From the NCBI GenBank assembly GCA_965262915.1, contig OZ253564.1, positions 3,520,001-3,584,000 on the forward strand: a stretch of DNA of 64,000 bases, read 5' to 3'. Made by a program: the position numbers and the translations under genes. This document shows, one piece after another, positions 9,372 to 19,395 of this stretch. Every line of letters starts with the position of its first letter. Positions within the stretch are counted from its first letter, which is position 1. The notes under the pieces were generated by a model, which was not told where the DNA came from, made no database searches, and saw only the letters and a list, made by a program, of their open reading frames with translations. Source of the DNA: Candidatus Spongiisociaceae bacterium (GTDB lineage: Bacteria; Actinomycetota; Acidimicrobiia; Spongiisociales; Spongiisociaceae).

Positions 9372-10330
9372 TCACCGATCTCCGTCCACTTCGGAGCGGG
9401 CATCGATATCCAGTTGTGCGGGGTCGACCCTGACGTGCACCACCGTCGGTCTGGTGGATTCGAGCGCTTCGTTGAGAACGCCACGGACGTCGCGATCCGC
9501 TGAAACGGTGAAGCCCTCCGCTCCCAGCGATCTGCCGTAGGCCGAGAAGTCGATCGAACCGAGCAGCGAGCCTGGAAAATGGCCCATCCGACGCCGCTCC
9601 TGGTGGAGGCGGATCGTTCCGTATTCCCCGTTGTCGACGACAACAACAACGACCGGGAGTCGCTCCCTCACCGCGGTCTCTATTTCGGCCCCGGTCATCA
9701 TGAAGCCGCCGTCGCCGGCGATCGCGATCGCCGGGACTGAGAGCCTCGCGAGCTTCGCGGCCAACGCCGCCGGGATGGCATACCCCATCGCACCTGACGT
9801 GGGAGCCAGGTACGTTCTCGGGTGGTCGCGTGTGAGATAGCGGCTGATCCATGCGGCGAAGCTGCCCGCATCATTGGTAACGACCGCATCAGCCGGGATG
9901 GTCGCCCTGAGATGATACGCCAGCACCTCTTGGTCGACATAGCCCGGGTGTGAGCCCGATGTTGTCGGCGTCGATTCGGCAAGCCACCGCTTGCGGGCTG
10001 TGTTGTTCTGATCAACCCTTGCCTTCACCAGATCCGGGTCGGGGTCTTCGCGGTGAGCCGCATCGAGCAACTGTGTCAGGAAGTGATGGGGATCCGACAG
10101 GATCGATTTGACGCCAGGGAAGGGCCCACCGAGTCCTTCCGCATGGCCCGACACATGGACGATGGCTGTGTGCTGCTGGAGGGTCTTGTAACGGAAGGTC
10201 GATAGCTGGCCAAGCTGGGTACCGATTGCCAGGATGAAGTCTGCGTGCTCCATCCGATCCCTAACCGAAGGAGCCGCCGCGAGCCCACTCTGTCCCAGGT
10301 AGAGCCGGTGGCTCCGAGGACGGCGCGTCC
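9372..10330 (-). pseudogene. C-terminal remnant of a TPP-dependent (acetolactate synthase-like) enzyme
   Basis: Has ADFILAIGTQLGQLST, GAMGYAIP and GDGGFMM...DNGEYGTIR, but no N-terminal PYR domain and no own start. Confidence 0.7.
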
Positions 10331-10470
10331 TCGGCTCGGACCGGTATCTCGCTGGGACCGGAGCCTGCCTCTCTCGCCAACGGTCCGCCGACCCGGCAAT
10401 CGACCACCCCGGCCGACATCGGATGATACCGACATCGGCCCCGTGAGATACGGTTGGAATACCGAGGAAG

Positions 10471-11456
10471 TCAGGAGGATACGACACGCGATGTATCCGA
10501 CTGGGATGCCCCATGCGCGACGAACTTCTGCAGAGATCGGATGACCCGCGGCGGGTCGGGTCCTCGTGCCGACCCCGCGCCTGGAACGACACCTCAGCAA
10601 CGTAGATCGCTCCCGTCGAGTCGACTGCAACGCCGTGCGGTGCCACGAACTCACCTGGACCCTCGCCGGCAAACCGGCCGCCGATGCGAGCTACGGAGTC
10701 GCCATCCAACGTGAGGATGCTCACGCAGGCGCCGATGTTCGGGACATCCTGATTGACCGGTATGCGGGAAGGGAGCTCTCCGACGAACAGCAGCGCCTCC
10801 TTCGGGTGGGCGTAGAGGGCACACGGGCGGTGGAGGTTGTTGATCTGATCCAGGTAGACACCGTCCTCGTCGAACACCTGGATACGGTGGTTCTCCCGAT
10901 CGGCGACGTATACCCGCCCGTCGGATCCGACGGCGATGTTGTGTGGGATGTTGAACTGGCCGGGTTGGGTTCCCGGCCGGCCCCAACTCAGGATGTGCCG
11001 ACCATCGGCCGAGAACCGATGAACCGCCGAGTTGCGATATCCGTCCGAGATGAAAAGGTCACCCGAAGCCGGAGACTCGGCGACATCGGTTGGCATATTG
11101 AATGGGCGTCCACTGTGGGCGGGCGAGGAGGCACCGGGCTGACCGATGGTTCGCACCAACCTCCCGTCTCGCATGAAGCATCCAACGGTCTGATCCGCGT
11201 AGTCCGTCAGCCACAGCTCTTGTCCTGCCGTCATGGTGATCGCGTGGGGAGTCGCGAAGACCCCTTCACCCCAGGAGGTGACAAATTCCCCTGTGTGGTC
11301 GAACACGATCACGGGGTGGTGACCACGGTTGAACACGTAGACCCGGTCGTTGTTGTCAACTGCCACCGAGGTCGCATCGATGAAGCTCCAACCGTCCGGA
11401 AGCCGACCCCACCCCTCGACCGGGTGGTAGGTTCGCGGCCAGGAGGATCGGCTCAT
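10471..11456 (-). CDS. NHL-repeat (peptidyl-alpha-hydroxyglycine lyase-like) beta-propeller, frameshifted near the C-terminus
   Basis: VYVFNRGHHPV, DGYRNSAVHRF, GQFNIPH, VADRENHRIQVFD, APHGVAVDS. A CGGGT duplication at 10552-10561 shifts the natural tail PPRVIRSLQKF out of frame. Confidence 0.8.
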
Positions 11457-12286
11457 CGGGAAGACGGGTTGTGGCCGGCGATCGATCCGAGCGCCGTTGA
11501 GATCTCGTTGGCTGCCTCAACGACCAGCTTCCCCATGCGTGCGATTTCGTCGTCGCCAGTCGGCATACGGTCGGTGGGACCGGCCACACCCACGGCGCCG
11601 ACCACCTCGCCCCGGTAGTCGAAGATCGGAGCAGCCAGGCCTGTCACCCCTTGCACGTACTCCTCGAGATCAACTGCGAATCCGCGTCGCCGGATCTCTG
11701 CGAGCCGTTCCGCCAGTGAGTCCGGCGAACTCCCATCGTTCCGGAAGGCTTGGGCGGCCCAACCCATCGCTGTCTCGTTGAGCGGCCACACCTCCCCTAT
11801 TCGAGTGAACACAGACACCGGATGTCGTGAGATCTCTCGGGCAACGGCTACCGGCTCACCCTCGGCCAGTACCGCCAGATTCACCGTTTCTCCGGTCAGG
11901 TCGCGCATGCGCCTCATCGTGGGGCGGCTCACTCGGAGCAGGTCCGTTTGGTCGAGAAGACGCGCCGCCAACCTCAATACCTTCGATGTGATGACGTAGC
12001 GACGGGGGGATGTCTCGGTGTGAGCGACGTAGTCAGCGGAGCGTAGCCCGTTCAGCAGGCGGTGCGCCTGAGCGGTATCCATACCGAGACTGCCCGCCAG
12101 ATCGGTTGTTCCGACGCCTTCCGGGTAGTCCACCAGCATCTCCAGCACGCGAAGAGCATTGACACCGGCCGGTTGTCTGCGCTGGGATTTCTTCCGATTG
12201 TTCGGGACGCCGCCGCCCGCCATCACGTCACCCCAGTCGTGTACAGCCTTCAGAACAACACCTGATTCACCAGATTCATAAGACAA
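11453..12286 (-). CDS. IclR family transcriptional regulator (start uncertain, possibly ATG 12223)
   Basis: HTH ALRVLEML...AHRLLNGL; TGETVNLAV; RGFAVDLEEY...LAAPIFD...GPTDRM. Confidence 0.92.
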   Translation of the reverse strand: MSYESGESGVVLKAVHDWGDVMAGGGVPNNRKKSQRRQPAGVNALRVLEMLVDYPEGVGTTDLAGSLGMDTAQAHRLLNGLRSADYVAHTETSPRRYVITSKVLRLAARLLDQTDLLRVSRPTMRRMRDLTGETVNLAVLAEGEPVAVAREISRHPVSVFTRIGEVWPLNETAMGWAAQAFRNDGSSPDSLAERLAEIRRRGFAVDLEEYVQGVTGLAAPIFDYRGEVVGAVGVAGPTDRMPTGDDEIARMGKLVVEAANEISTALGSIAGHNPSSR

Positions 12287-12322
12287 AATATTTGACCTGT
12301 CAAATCCGGATCAGTAATCTGG
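12270..12322. promoter_or_regulatory. Divergent promoter/operator between iclR and the sugar ABC operon
   Basis: Palindrome ATTTGAC-CT-GTCAAAT at 12290-12305. Plus strand TTGACC-17-TAATCT; minus strand TTGACA at 12303-12298. Confidence 0.6.
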
Positions 12323-12389
12323 CTGGGTTGGCATCTCTTTGTCGGCGTATTTCACGCATCGAAGATGCAATGTGGTGAGGAGGAAGATT

Positions 12390-13478
12390 ATGAGAACGAT
12401 CGGCTTGGTGCGAAGAACCGAGGTATGGAATGGCAGGAAGTCGCCGCGAGCCTTCGCCACACTCCTGCTGGCCCTCGGATTGTTGGTTGCCGCTTGCGCC
12501 GACGCATCCGAAGACACAACTACCACAGCCGCGGCAACAACCGCCGCCATGACCGAGACTACGGCCGATACCAGCGCCCAGGCAGATTCCCGTGACTTCG
12601 TGATGATCACCTTCTTCGCGAACTGCAGCTTCTGCCAAACGCTTGAGGCGGGCGCCATCTACGCGGGAGAACAACTCGGGGTCAACGTACAGATCGTGCA
12701 GCCGGGTGGCGTGGACGCCGAAACGTTGAACCCGGCTCTCCAGGCAGCCACTGCGGCCGAGCCCGACGCCATCGGCATCTCGTACTTCACAAAGGGCCAG
12801 GAGTCGGCCATTCTCGACACCATTGAGCAGGGTATTCCCGTAATACTGTTCAACAACAACCGATTTGAGGCAGTGGACGGCGACCCGGCGACAGCAACGA
12901 CGGATCCGCGGATCCTGACACTGGCGTACGTTGGACAAGATGAGACCAAGTCAGGAGAGGTCCTGATGACGCATCTGCTGCCCCAACTCGGCGAGGGAAA
13001 GGTGGTGATCTTCAACAACGCCCCGGGAGCAACCGTGTTGACCCTGCGCGCCGACGGAGTGAAGCGCGTCCTCGACGCCAACGGTATCCCCTACGAGGAC
13101 CTCGACGGCGAACTGGACGAAGTCGTCAACCAGCAGACGATTTCCGCCTATCTCGACGCCAACCCCGACACCGCCGCGATCATCGGTCTCGGCAACCCGG
13201 CCTCCAACCCGGCTGGTGTGATCGTTGGTGAGCTAGGACTCGACATCGTCATCGGCACCTTCGATGTCGACACAGCGGCAGTCGAGCACCTCAAGGCGGG
13301 CACGCTCACCGCGGCACTCAACCAGCAGCCATGGCTCCAGGGCTACATGACCGTGATGAACATGTATATTGAAACGGTCTTCGGCCTACAGCCGGTCAAC
13401 GTCGACACGGGTACGCAGATCGTCACGATGGACAACGTCGGCGAACTCGAGGCGGCGGTCGCGGCCGGGCGCAACTGA
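12390..13478 (+). CDS. Sugar ABC transporter substrate-binding lipoprotein (RbsB/Peripla_BP_4)
   Basis: Lipobox LVAAC, Thr/Ala linker, YVGQDE, GTFD, QQPWLQGY, VDTG. Start uncertain. Confidence 0.9.
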   Translation: MRTIGLVRRTEVWNGRKSPRAFATLLLALGLLVAACADASEDTTTTAAATTAAMTETTADTSAQADSRDFVMITFFANCSFCQTLEAGAIYAGEQLGVNVQIVQPGGVDAETLNPALQAATAAEPDAIGISYFTKGQESAILDTIEQGIPVILFNNNRFEAVDGDPATATTDPRILTLAYVGQDETKSGEVLMTHLLPQLGEGKVVIFNNAPGATVLTLRADGVKRVLDANGIPYEDLDGELDEVVNQQTISAYLDANPDTAAIIGLGNPASNPAGVIVGELGLDIVIGTFDVDTAAVEHLKAGTLTAALNQQPWLQGYMTVMNMYIETVFGLQPVNVDTGTQIVTMDNVGELEAAVAAGRN

Positions 13479-13484
13479 TCCCCC

Positions 13485-13521
13485 GTTTGCCGGGCCCAGA
13501 TTCAATCTGGGCCCGGCAAAC
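13485..13521 (+). terminator. Perfect hairpin between the SBP and permease genes (mRNA stabiliser/attenuator)
   Basis: GTTTGCCGGGCCCAGATT-C-AATCTGGGCCCGGCAAAC, 18-bp arms. Confidence 0.7.
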
Positions 13522-13536
13522 CGACCAAGGCGGACA

Positions 13537-14565
13537 ATGGTATCCAACACGCGGGCCGGCACACATCGACTGGCCACATTCGTCGGCAGGATGGCATCGA
13601 ATCGGCTGGCAGGACCGACCGTCGTACTCGTTGGGCTGTGCATCTTCTTCCAGCTCCGCTCCGGGAAGTTCTTCACGGCGACCCAAATCGAGGGAATGAC
13701 CTCGGTCGCAGCTTCGATCGCGATCATCAGTGCCGGAATCACGATGCTGATGTTCTCGGGCGAATTCGATCTGTCGGTAGCATCGGTCTACGCGTTCGGA
13801 CCGATCCTCTTCGCGCTGTTGATCACCAAGGCTGACATACCGGTCTTACCGGCGTTTCTGATAGCTTTGACGCTGTGCTCCGCCGTCGGTGCAATCAACG
13901 GGCTGATTACCACGCAGTTCGGGATTCCGTCCCTCATCACAACGCTTGGAACGTCCTTCGCCATCATCGGGACCGCCATCTTCATCAGCGAAGGCGACAA
14001 CCTCCTCTACTTCGATGAGAGCAGACTGTTCAGCATCCTCGGTGGCGAGGTCGGTAACGCTCCCGTGCCGGCGCAGTTCCTGTGGGCGTTGCTCATCGTT
14101 GGAGTCCTCTGGTACGTGACGGACCTGACGGAATACGGCAATTGGGCCCGTTCGGCCGGCGGCCGGCGGGGTGTGGCCCGAGAGATGGGCGTAGCGGTCA
14201 ACCGCGTGAAGACCACTAACTTCGTGGTGTCGTCGACGCTGGCCGGATTCGCCGGCATCGCCACCTTCACCTCCTTCCGCACTGTTTCCGCCGGCTACGG
14301 CTCGAACTTCGAACTGCTAGCCATCGTGGCCACCGTGGTCGGCGGAACATCGATTTTCGGGGTGACCGGATCGGTGCTCGGCGCCTTCATCGGGACGTTG
14401 ATCCTGGCGAGTCTACGGACCGGCCTCATCTTGGTAGGGGCTCCGGGAGCGTGGTACACCGCGATCATCGGGATCATTCTCATAGCGGCAGTGATCAGCA
14501 ACATTCGGATCGGGAGGGCAGGAGACCGCCTCCTCGAAGTGAGTCAGAGGTGGCGGCAATCATGA
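13537..14565 (+). CDS. Sugar ABC transporter permease (RbsC-like)
   Basis: GEFDLSV, GIPSLITTLG, ELLAIVATVVGGTS. Confidence 0.92.
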   Translation: MVSNTRAGTHRLATFVGRMASNRLAGPTVVLVGLCIFFQLRSGKFFTATQIEGMTSVAASIAIISAGITMLMFSGEFDLSVASVYAFGPILFALLITKADIPVLPAFLIALTLCSAVGAINGLITTQFGIPSLITTLGTSFAIIGTAIFISEGDNLLYFDESRLFSILGGEVGNAPVPAQFLWALLIVGVLWYVTDLTEYGNWARSAGGRRGVAREMGVAVNRVKTTNFVVSSTLAGFAGIATFTSFRTVSAGYGSNFELLAIVATVVGGTSIFGVTGSVLGAFIGTLILASLRTGLILVGAPGAWYTAIIGIILIAAVISNIRIGRAGDRLLEVSQRWRQS

Positions 14566-15371
14566 CGACCACGATTGCGACCGACGAGACCCGGTCAACG
14601 GCCGACGTGTTATTACAGCTCACGAACGTGAGCAAGAGCTTCGGATCCACCCGCGCCGTGCGGAATGTCTCCTTGACGATCAGGCGCGGCGAGGTCGTGG
14701 GCCTCATCGGCGACAACGGGGCCGGCAAGTCGACAATCGTGAAGATCGTCACCGGCTATTTCGCACCGACATCGGGCAGTGTGACGTTCGAAGGACGGGA
14801 CGCCCGACTATCTCCCGCCGCAGCGCGGAGTCTGGGGATCGAGGCGGTCTACCAGGATCTGGCCCTGATCGGAGGTTTGAGCCTGTGGCGCAACTTCTTC
14901 CTGGGTAAGGAACTCAAGATAGGCCCCGACTGGGTCCCGATGCGGCCGCTGGACAAGAGGCGGATGCGGAGTCTCACACTGCGGAAACTGGAAGACTTGG
15001 GCCTGACCCGCATACGCTCGACGAACGAACCGGCATCGCGTCTGTCCGGAGGTGAAAAGCAGTCGCTTGCGATCACGCGCACTGTCCACTTCGGGGCACA
15101 ACTGCTCCTCCTCGACGAACCGACAGCCGCCCTCTCGGTTCGGGAAACCCTGAACGTACTGGATACGATCCGCCAAGCTGCTGACCGAGATCTCGGTGTG
15201 CTCTACATCGACCACAACATGGCACACGTACAGCCGGTCGCGGACCGGATCGTGGTGCTGGAGCACGGGTCGGTCGTGTCGGAACACAAGGGAAGCGATG
15301 TAACCGTCGACGACCTCGCCGAGATGTTGAGTTCAAGACGGAGCGAGCGGCAAATCGAGGAGTCTCGGTGA
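14562..15371 (+). CDS. Sugar ABC transporter ATP-binding protein (single domain)
   Basis: GDNGAGKST, VYQDLAL, LSGGE, LLLDEPTAAL. ATGA overlap with the permease. Confidence 0.93.
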   Translation: MTTTIATDETRSTADVLLQLTNVSKSFGSTRAVRNVSLTIRRGEVVGLIGDNGAGKSTIVKIVTGYFAPTSGSVTFEGRDARLSPAAARSLGIEAVYQDLALIGGLSLWRNFFLGKELKIGPDWVPMRPLDKRRMRSLTLRKLEDLGLTRIRSTNEPASRLSGGEKQSLAITRTVHFGAQLLLLDEPTAALSVRETLNVLDTIRQAADRDLGVLYIDHNMAHVQPVADRIVVLEHGSVVSEHKGSDVTVDDLAEMLSSRRSERQIEESR

Positions 15372-16222
15372 AGATCTCATACAATCCCTATCAAATCAGG
15401 TCCACACCACTCGACCGACTCGGCGACGTGACCGCCGGCTTCGGCTATCGATACATGGACCTCTCACCACGGGAAGACTTTATCCCTCTCTACTCGCATC
15501 CTCGAGCCGGCCACCAGAAGATCGCTGAACTGAGGAGATCACTCGATGCGGCAGGCGTCGAGCTCACCGCTCTCTACGGCCTCTTCAAATGGTCGAGCGC
15601 AGACGAGGACGAACGAGCCGGTGGGTCACGGTATATGAGGCGTACCATCGAGATCTCCGCAGAACTCGGATGCCCGGTCGTGTGCACCGAGTTCGGAACG
15701 AGCAGGAATACACGATATGTAAGTGAGAATCAATTCTGGCGGTCCATGGATGAAACGCTGCCGATCCTGGAACGTAACGGAATCGAGTTGAGGATCGAGC
15801 CACATCCCGATGACTTCGTGGAGGACCACTACCACGGTGTCGACATGGTCCGCGGTATCGACTCCCCCTATGTGACCTATCTCTACTGCGTCCCCCACAC
15901 TCACTATCTCGGACGTGACGTAGCGGCAATGATCCGATACGCCGGGGACACCCTTACCCACGTCCACGCCGCGGACACCTTCCATCCCAGCCGCTACATC
16001 ACGAATCCATCCGATACCGATGTTCGCCTCCATCAACACCTGGACATCGGCCAGGGAGACATCGACTTCGCCGCTCTCTTCTCATCCTTGGCGGAGATCG
16101 GATTCGACGGGGTCACCTCCAGCTGCGTGACGGCTTGGACGGAGAGAGCCGAAGAGTCTGCTCGCTCCATGCTCCACGAGATCACCGGATACGCCACCAA
16201 GTACGGCATGGAGATCGAATGA
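15368..16222 (+). CDS. Sugar phosphate isomerase/epimerase, IolH-like TIM barrel
   Basis: LSPREDFIP..HPRA, EPHPDDF, YLYCVPH, HVHAAD, HQHLDIGQG. Confidence 0.85.
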   Translation: MKISYNPYQIRSTPLDRLGDVTAGFGYRYMDLSPREDFIPLYSHPRAGHQKIAELRRSLDAAGVELTALYGLFKWSSADEDERAGGSRYMRRTIEISAELGCPVVCTEFGTSRNTRYVSENQFWRSMDETLPILERNGIELRIEPHPDDFVEDHYHGVDMVRGIDSPYVTYLYCVPHTHYLGRDVAAMIRYAGDTLTHVHAADTFHPSRYITNPSDTDVRLHQHLDIGQGDIDFAALFSSLAEIGFDGVTSSCVTAWTERAEESARSMLHEITGYATKYGMEIE

Positions 16223-16788
16223 GCAGACACCCGATGAAACAAGACCCGGATACGACCTTATGGATGTCACGTATGCAAGACACCCTCCGTCACCTCGAGG
16301 ACTTGCAGCACGATACATACGAAGGCGCCCAGTCACGGACAGACAGGGAGATCATCTTTCGACGCGCTTTCGAGCTCGTAACACCGGTCGCAGTACGCGT
16401 TCTCAGCGATATCAACGAGTGGTTACTCGGGGGGGAAGGCACCATCGAGACGAAGCCGCCTCACGACGACAAGGCAAGAGGGCTAAAGGGCGAGTGGACG
16501 ATCACATGGCCCCGACTGGAGAGCGCCATCAACAAGTACACCGGGCTGGGTCTTGATCCCGTTCGCCTCATTGCTGTGTTCCCCGCCGGATGGACCCACG
16601 GCCACTTCGAGCGCCCGCACGCCGGTTTTCCCGCCGATGTAACCGCTTGGCCCATGCAAATCACGACAGAAGAGGATGCGGAGCGACAGGAACCGGTCCT
16701 CCGAGTGATCGCGGAGACAGAGCTTCACGAGCGGATCTACCAGGCATCCGGAGATTGGCGGCTAACGCTACCGTTGTCCGAGTCATGA
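16219..16788 (+). CDS. Hypothetical protein (translationally coupled)
   Basis: ATGA overlap with the upstream gene; WTHGH, WPMQI and ELHERI motifs. Confidence 0.75.
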   Translation: MSRHPMKQDPDTTLWMSRMQDTLRHLEDLQHDTYEGAQSRTDREIIFRRAFELVTPVAVRVLSDINEWLLGGEGTIETKPPHDDKARGLKGEWTITWPRLESAINKYTGLGLDPVRLIAVFPAGWTHGHFERPHAGFPADVTAWPMQITTEEDAERQEPVLRVIAETELHERIYQASGDWRLTLPLSES

Positions 16789-16805
16789 CCAGATAGGAGT
16801 TCGTC

Positions 16806-17219
16806 GTGAAGGTGTGGAACAACGGGGCCAAAGTACGGGATATAGATCGTGAGATCGCGTTCTTCGAGGCAATGGGCGGCTCCGTCGTGCTCGACGAGGA
16901 ATTCGAGTGGGACAGGGAGCGGGTCCGGGTCCCGTTGCTTCGAGTGGGCGACAAGTACCTCCACATCATGAAACGCATGGTGTACGAGAACCAACTCGCT
17001 GCACCACTCGCACACGGACTGCAGCACATCGTGTACGAGGTGGACTCCCTTGAGGACTACCGGGAGCGTGCACTGCGCGCCGGCGCGAGCGAGACCATGC
17101 CGGTCAAGCACGTCGAAGCCGGCTTCGGCGAGCGTGACGTCGGCTTCTTCACCTCCCCGGGCGGCATCAGGTTCGAGCTCATCCAGGTATACGAGCACCG
17201 CGTTCCCGAGCTGCCATGA
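16806..17219 (+). CDS. VOC/glyoxalase family protein
   Basis: GLQHIVYEVD, FFTSPGGIRFELIQ. AGGAG SD. Confidence 0.85.
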   Translation: MKVWNNGAKVRDIDREIAFFEAMGGSVVLDEEFEWDRERVRVPLLRVGDKYLHIMKRMVYENQLAAPLAHGLQHIVYEVDSLEDYRERALRAGASETMPVKHVEAGFGERDVGFFTSPGGIRFELIQVYEHRVPELP

Positions 17220-18427
17220 CCGGTAGTACCACCGAACGCCGGGGCTTACCCCGCATCGGGATTGTCGGAACCGGCGTGGCGGCCATGCTCATCCACATCC
17301 CCGCTATCCGGGACAGCGACCACTTCCGGCTCGAGGCCGTCTGTGACTCCGATCCGTCGCGGCTGGCATCTACGCCGGGGACGCATCTGCGCAGGTATGG
17401 CTCCGTCGCTGACATGGCGGACGATCCGGACATCGATGCCGTGGTCGTATGTACACCCCCCGACACTCACTTCGATATCGCCGTCCGCATCATCGCGGGG
17501 GGAAAGCACGTTCTCATGGAGAAGCCGATGACGAAAACGGCCGACGAGGCCGCCGAACTGGCGCGTCGTGCCCGGGCCGCCGGTGTCGAGCTGCGGGTTG
17601 CGCACGAGCGTCGCTTCCAACCTACTTGCGAGCGAATCCGCGAACTCCTCGAGGAAGGATTGATCGGAACCCCCTTCTACTGTGGCGTTCACTGGGCAAC
17701 GAACGTGAAGCTCGATCCGGATCGCTTCATCCCCGAAGATGCCGGTGGCGCCTTTCGCGCGGGGTACCGCTGGCGATGGTCGAGTCCGTACAGCGGCGGA
17801 GGGGTGCTCCAGGACCACATCCCGCACTACGTGGACCTGATGCGTGACTGGACAGGTCAGCAGCCGATCGCGGTGATGGCCGACACGAAGAACGTTGCTC
17901 GCGACCTCCACGGCTGGTCGCCGGACGACTCGCGATGGGAGGACATGGGAGTCGCTCTCATCCGGTTCTCGGCCGGCCTGACTCTCCGCCTCGAGTGCTC
18001 CGTGGTCGGGAGGGTGCTCTCACCGCTGTGGGGTGCAACAACCGGGATCGGCGAGTGGTCAGAATGGGGCTACATCATGGGCAGCGAGGGCCAGTTGGTC
18101 TTCGACTTCCTGTCGCTCCACGCGTCCGAGCAGGGAAAGATCGCGGTGTGGCGCTCGTCGACCGCAGGCCCCGGCGGTACCGGATGGACGATGATCGAAC
18201 AGCCTGAGCCTGACCGAGTCCGAGGGTCTGCGCCGAGCGGAGCAGCCAAGGACATGTTCGTCGGCCAGGTTCGGGAGTTCGCGAGGGCCATCAGAGGCGA
18301 ACCCAACCGATCACCCGATGCCTACGACGGCGGAATCTGCGTCGCCGTGATCGAGGCCGCCTACCAGGCAGCGGAGACCGACCGCACCGTCGAGATCGGC
18401 TTCACCATCCCGGGAGGAGACAGATGA
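17216..18427 (+). CDS. Gfo/Idh/MocA family oxidoreductase
   Basis: GIVGTG, TPPDTH, HVLMEKPM, GGGVLQDHIPHYVD. Confidence 0.92.
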   Translation: MTGSTTERRGLPRIGIVGTGVAAMLIHIPAIRDSDHFRLEAVCDSDPSRLASTPGTHLRRYGSVADMADDPDIDAVVVCTPPDTHFDIAVRIIAGGKHVLMEKPMTKTADEAAELARRARAAGVELRVAHERRFQPTCERIRELLEEGLIGTPFYCGVHWATNVKLDPDRFIPEDAGGAFRAGYRWRWSSPYSGGGVLQDHIPHYVDLMRDWTGQQPIAVMADTKNVARDLHGWSPDDSRWEDMGVALIRFSAGLTLRLECSVVGRVLSPLWGATTGIGEWSEWGYIMGSEGQLVFDFLSLHASEQGKIAVWRSSTAGPGGTGWTMIEQPEPDRVRGSAPSGAAKDMFVGQVREFARAIRGEPNRSPDAYDGGICVAVIEAAYQAAETDRTVEIGFTIPGGDR

Positions 18428-19350
18428 CTGCCACGCCCATGCTCAAGGACCTTCTGGGACGAGGAAAGCCCGTCTGGATCATGGGCGCCCACGATGTGGT
18501 CTCCGCCAAGATCGTCGAGGATGCCGGGTTCGACGCCGTTGGAATCCAGTCTCTGCAGCTCGCCATGGTCGACGGCCTGCCCGATATCGGATTGATCACG
18601 CCGGCCTACGTTGTCGATCTTTGTCGCCGCGTGCGCCGCGCCGTCGACATCCCGATCGTCGTCGACTTCGAACAGGGCTTCGGGGAGCCATACGCTGCGG
18701 TCCATTGGATGAAGGAGTTCGAAGCTGCCGGAGTCTCAGCAGTGCACATCGACGACTACGGCCTCCCGTACAAATGCACCTTCTTCCCCCCGCACACCAT
18801 GGGTCTGGAGTCCGTGGACGAAACGGCGGCCAAGATCCGGGCGATGGTGTCAGAGCGGTCCAACCCGGACTTCATGGTCATCGGTCGTCCCGGCACCTAC
18901 GTCGCCACCGTCCACGACAACGAAGAGGAACGGCGTCGCGATTGGCTGGTGCGTGCCGAGCGTTACTTGGAAGCAGGGTCGGACGCCCTGTTCGCCATCT
19001 GCCCGACCGTGGAGTCGGCCAGGTATTTCAGGCAGGCAGTGGACGCACCCCTGATGACGATCAGAACGCTCGGCACCGAGATGCACGACGAGATATTCCA
19101 CTACGAAGAGCCAATCGTCGGGTTGTCGATCGACGAGATATACCGGCTGGGCTACGAGATGTTCATCGAGCCGACGACACTGCTCGGCCCGGCGATCAAC
19201 GCTATGGTCGCGGCGGCCGCCTCGGTCAAGGCAACAGGTCGGTCGGCTTCGGTGTCGGAAGAGCACGGCGAGTTGCAAGAGTTGCTGACACGATGGGCCG
19301 ATGCCTCAACCCTGGCTCGATTCACCCGCCAGTACTACGCAGACGTTTGA
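18424..19350 (+). CDS. Isocitrate lyase/PEP mutase superfamily protein
   Basis: GAHDVVSA, GLPDIG, DFEQGFG, IDDYGLPYKC, YLEAGSD. Confidence 0.85.
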   Translation: MTATPMLKDLLGRGKPVWIMGAHDVVSAKIVEDAGFDAVGIQSLQLAMVDGLPDIGLITPAYVVDLCRRVRRAVDIPIVVDFEQGFGEPYAAVHWMKEFEAAGVSAVHIDDYGLPYKCTFFPPHTMGLESVDETAAKIRAMVSERSNPDFMVIGRPGTYVATVHDNEEERRRDWLVRAERYLEAGSDALFAICPTVESARYFRQAVDAPLMTIRTLGTEMHDEIFHYEEPIVGLSIDEIYRLGYEMFIEPTTLLGPAINAMVAAAASVKATGRSASVSEEHGELQELLTRWADASTLARFTRQYYADV

Positions 19351-19395
19351 GCAGCAGCGGCTCGGCCGAAGGCAGCGAATCGGTCAGGAAGGGCT

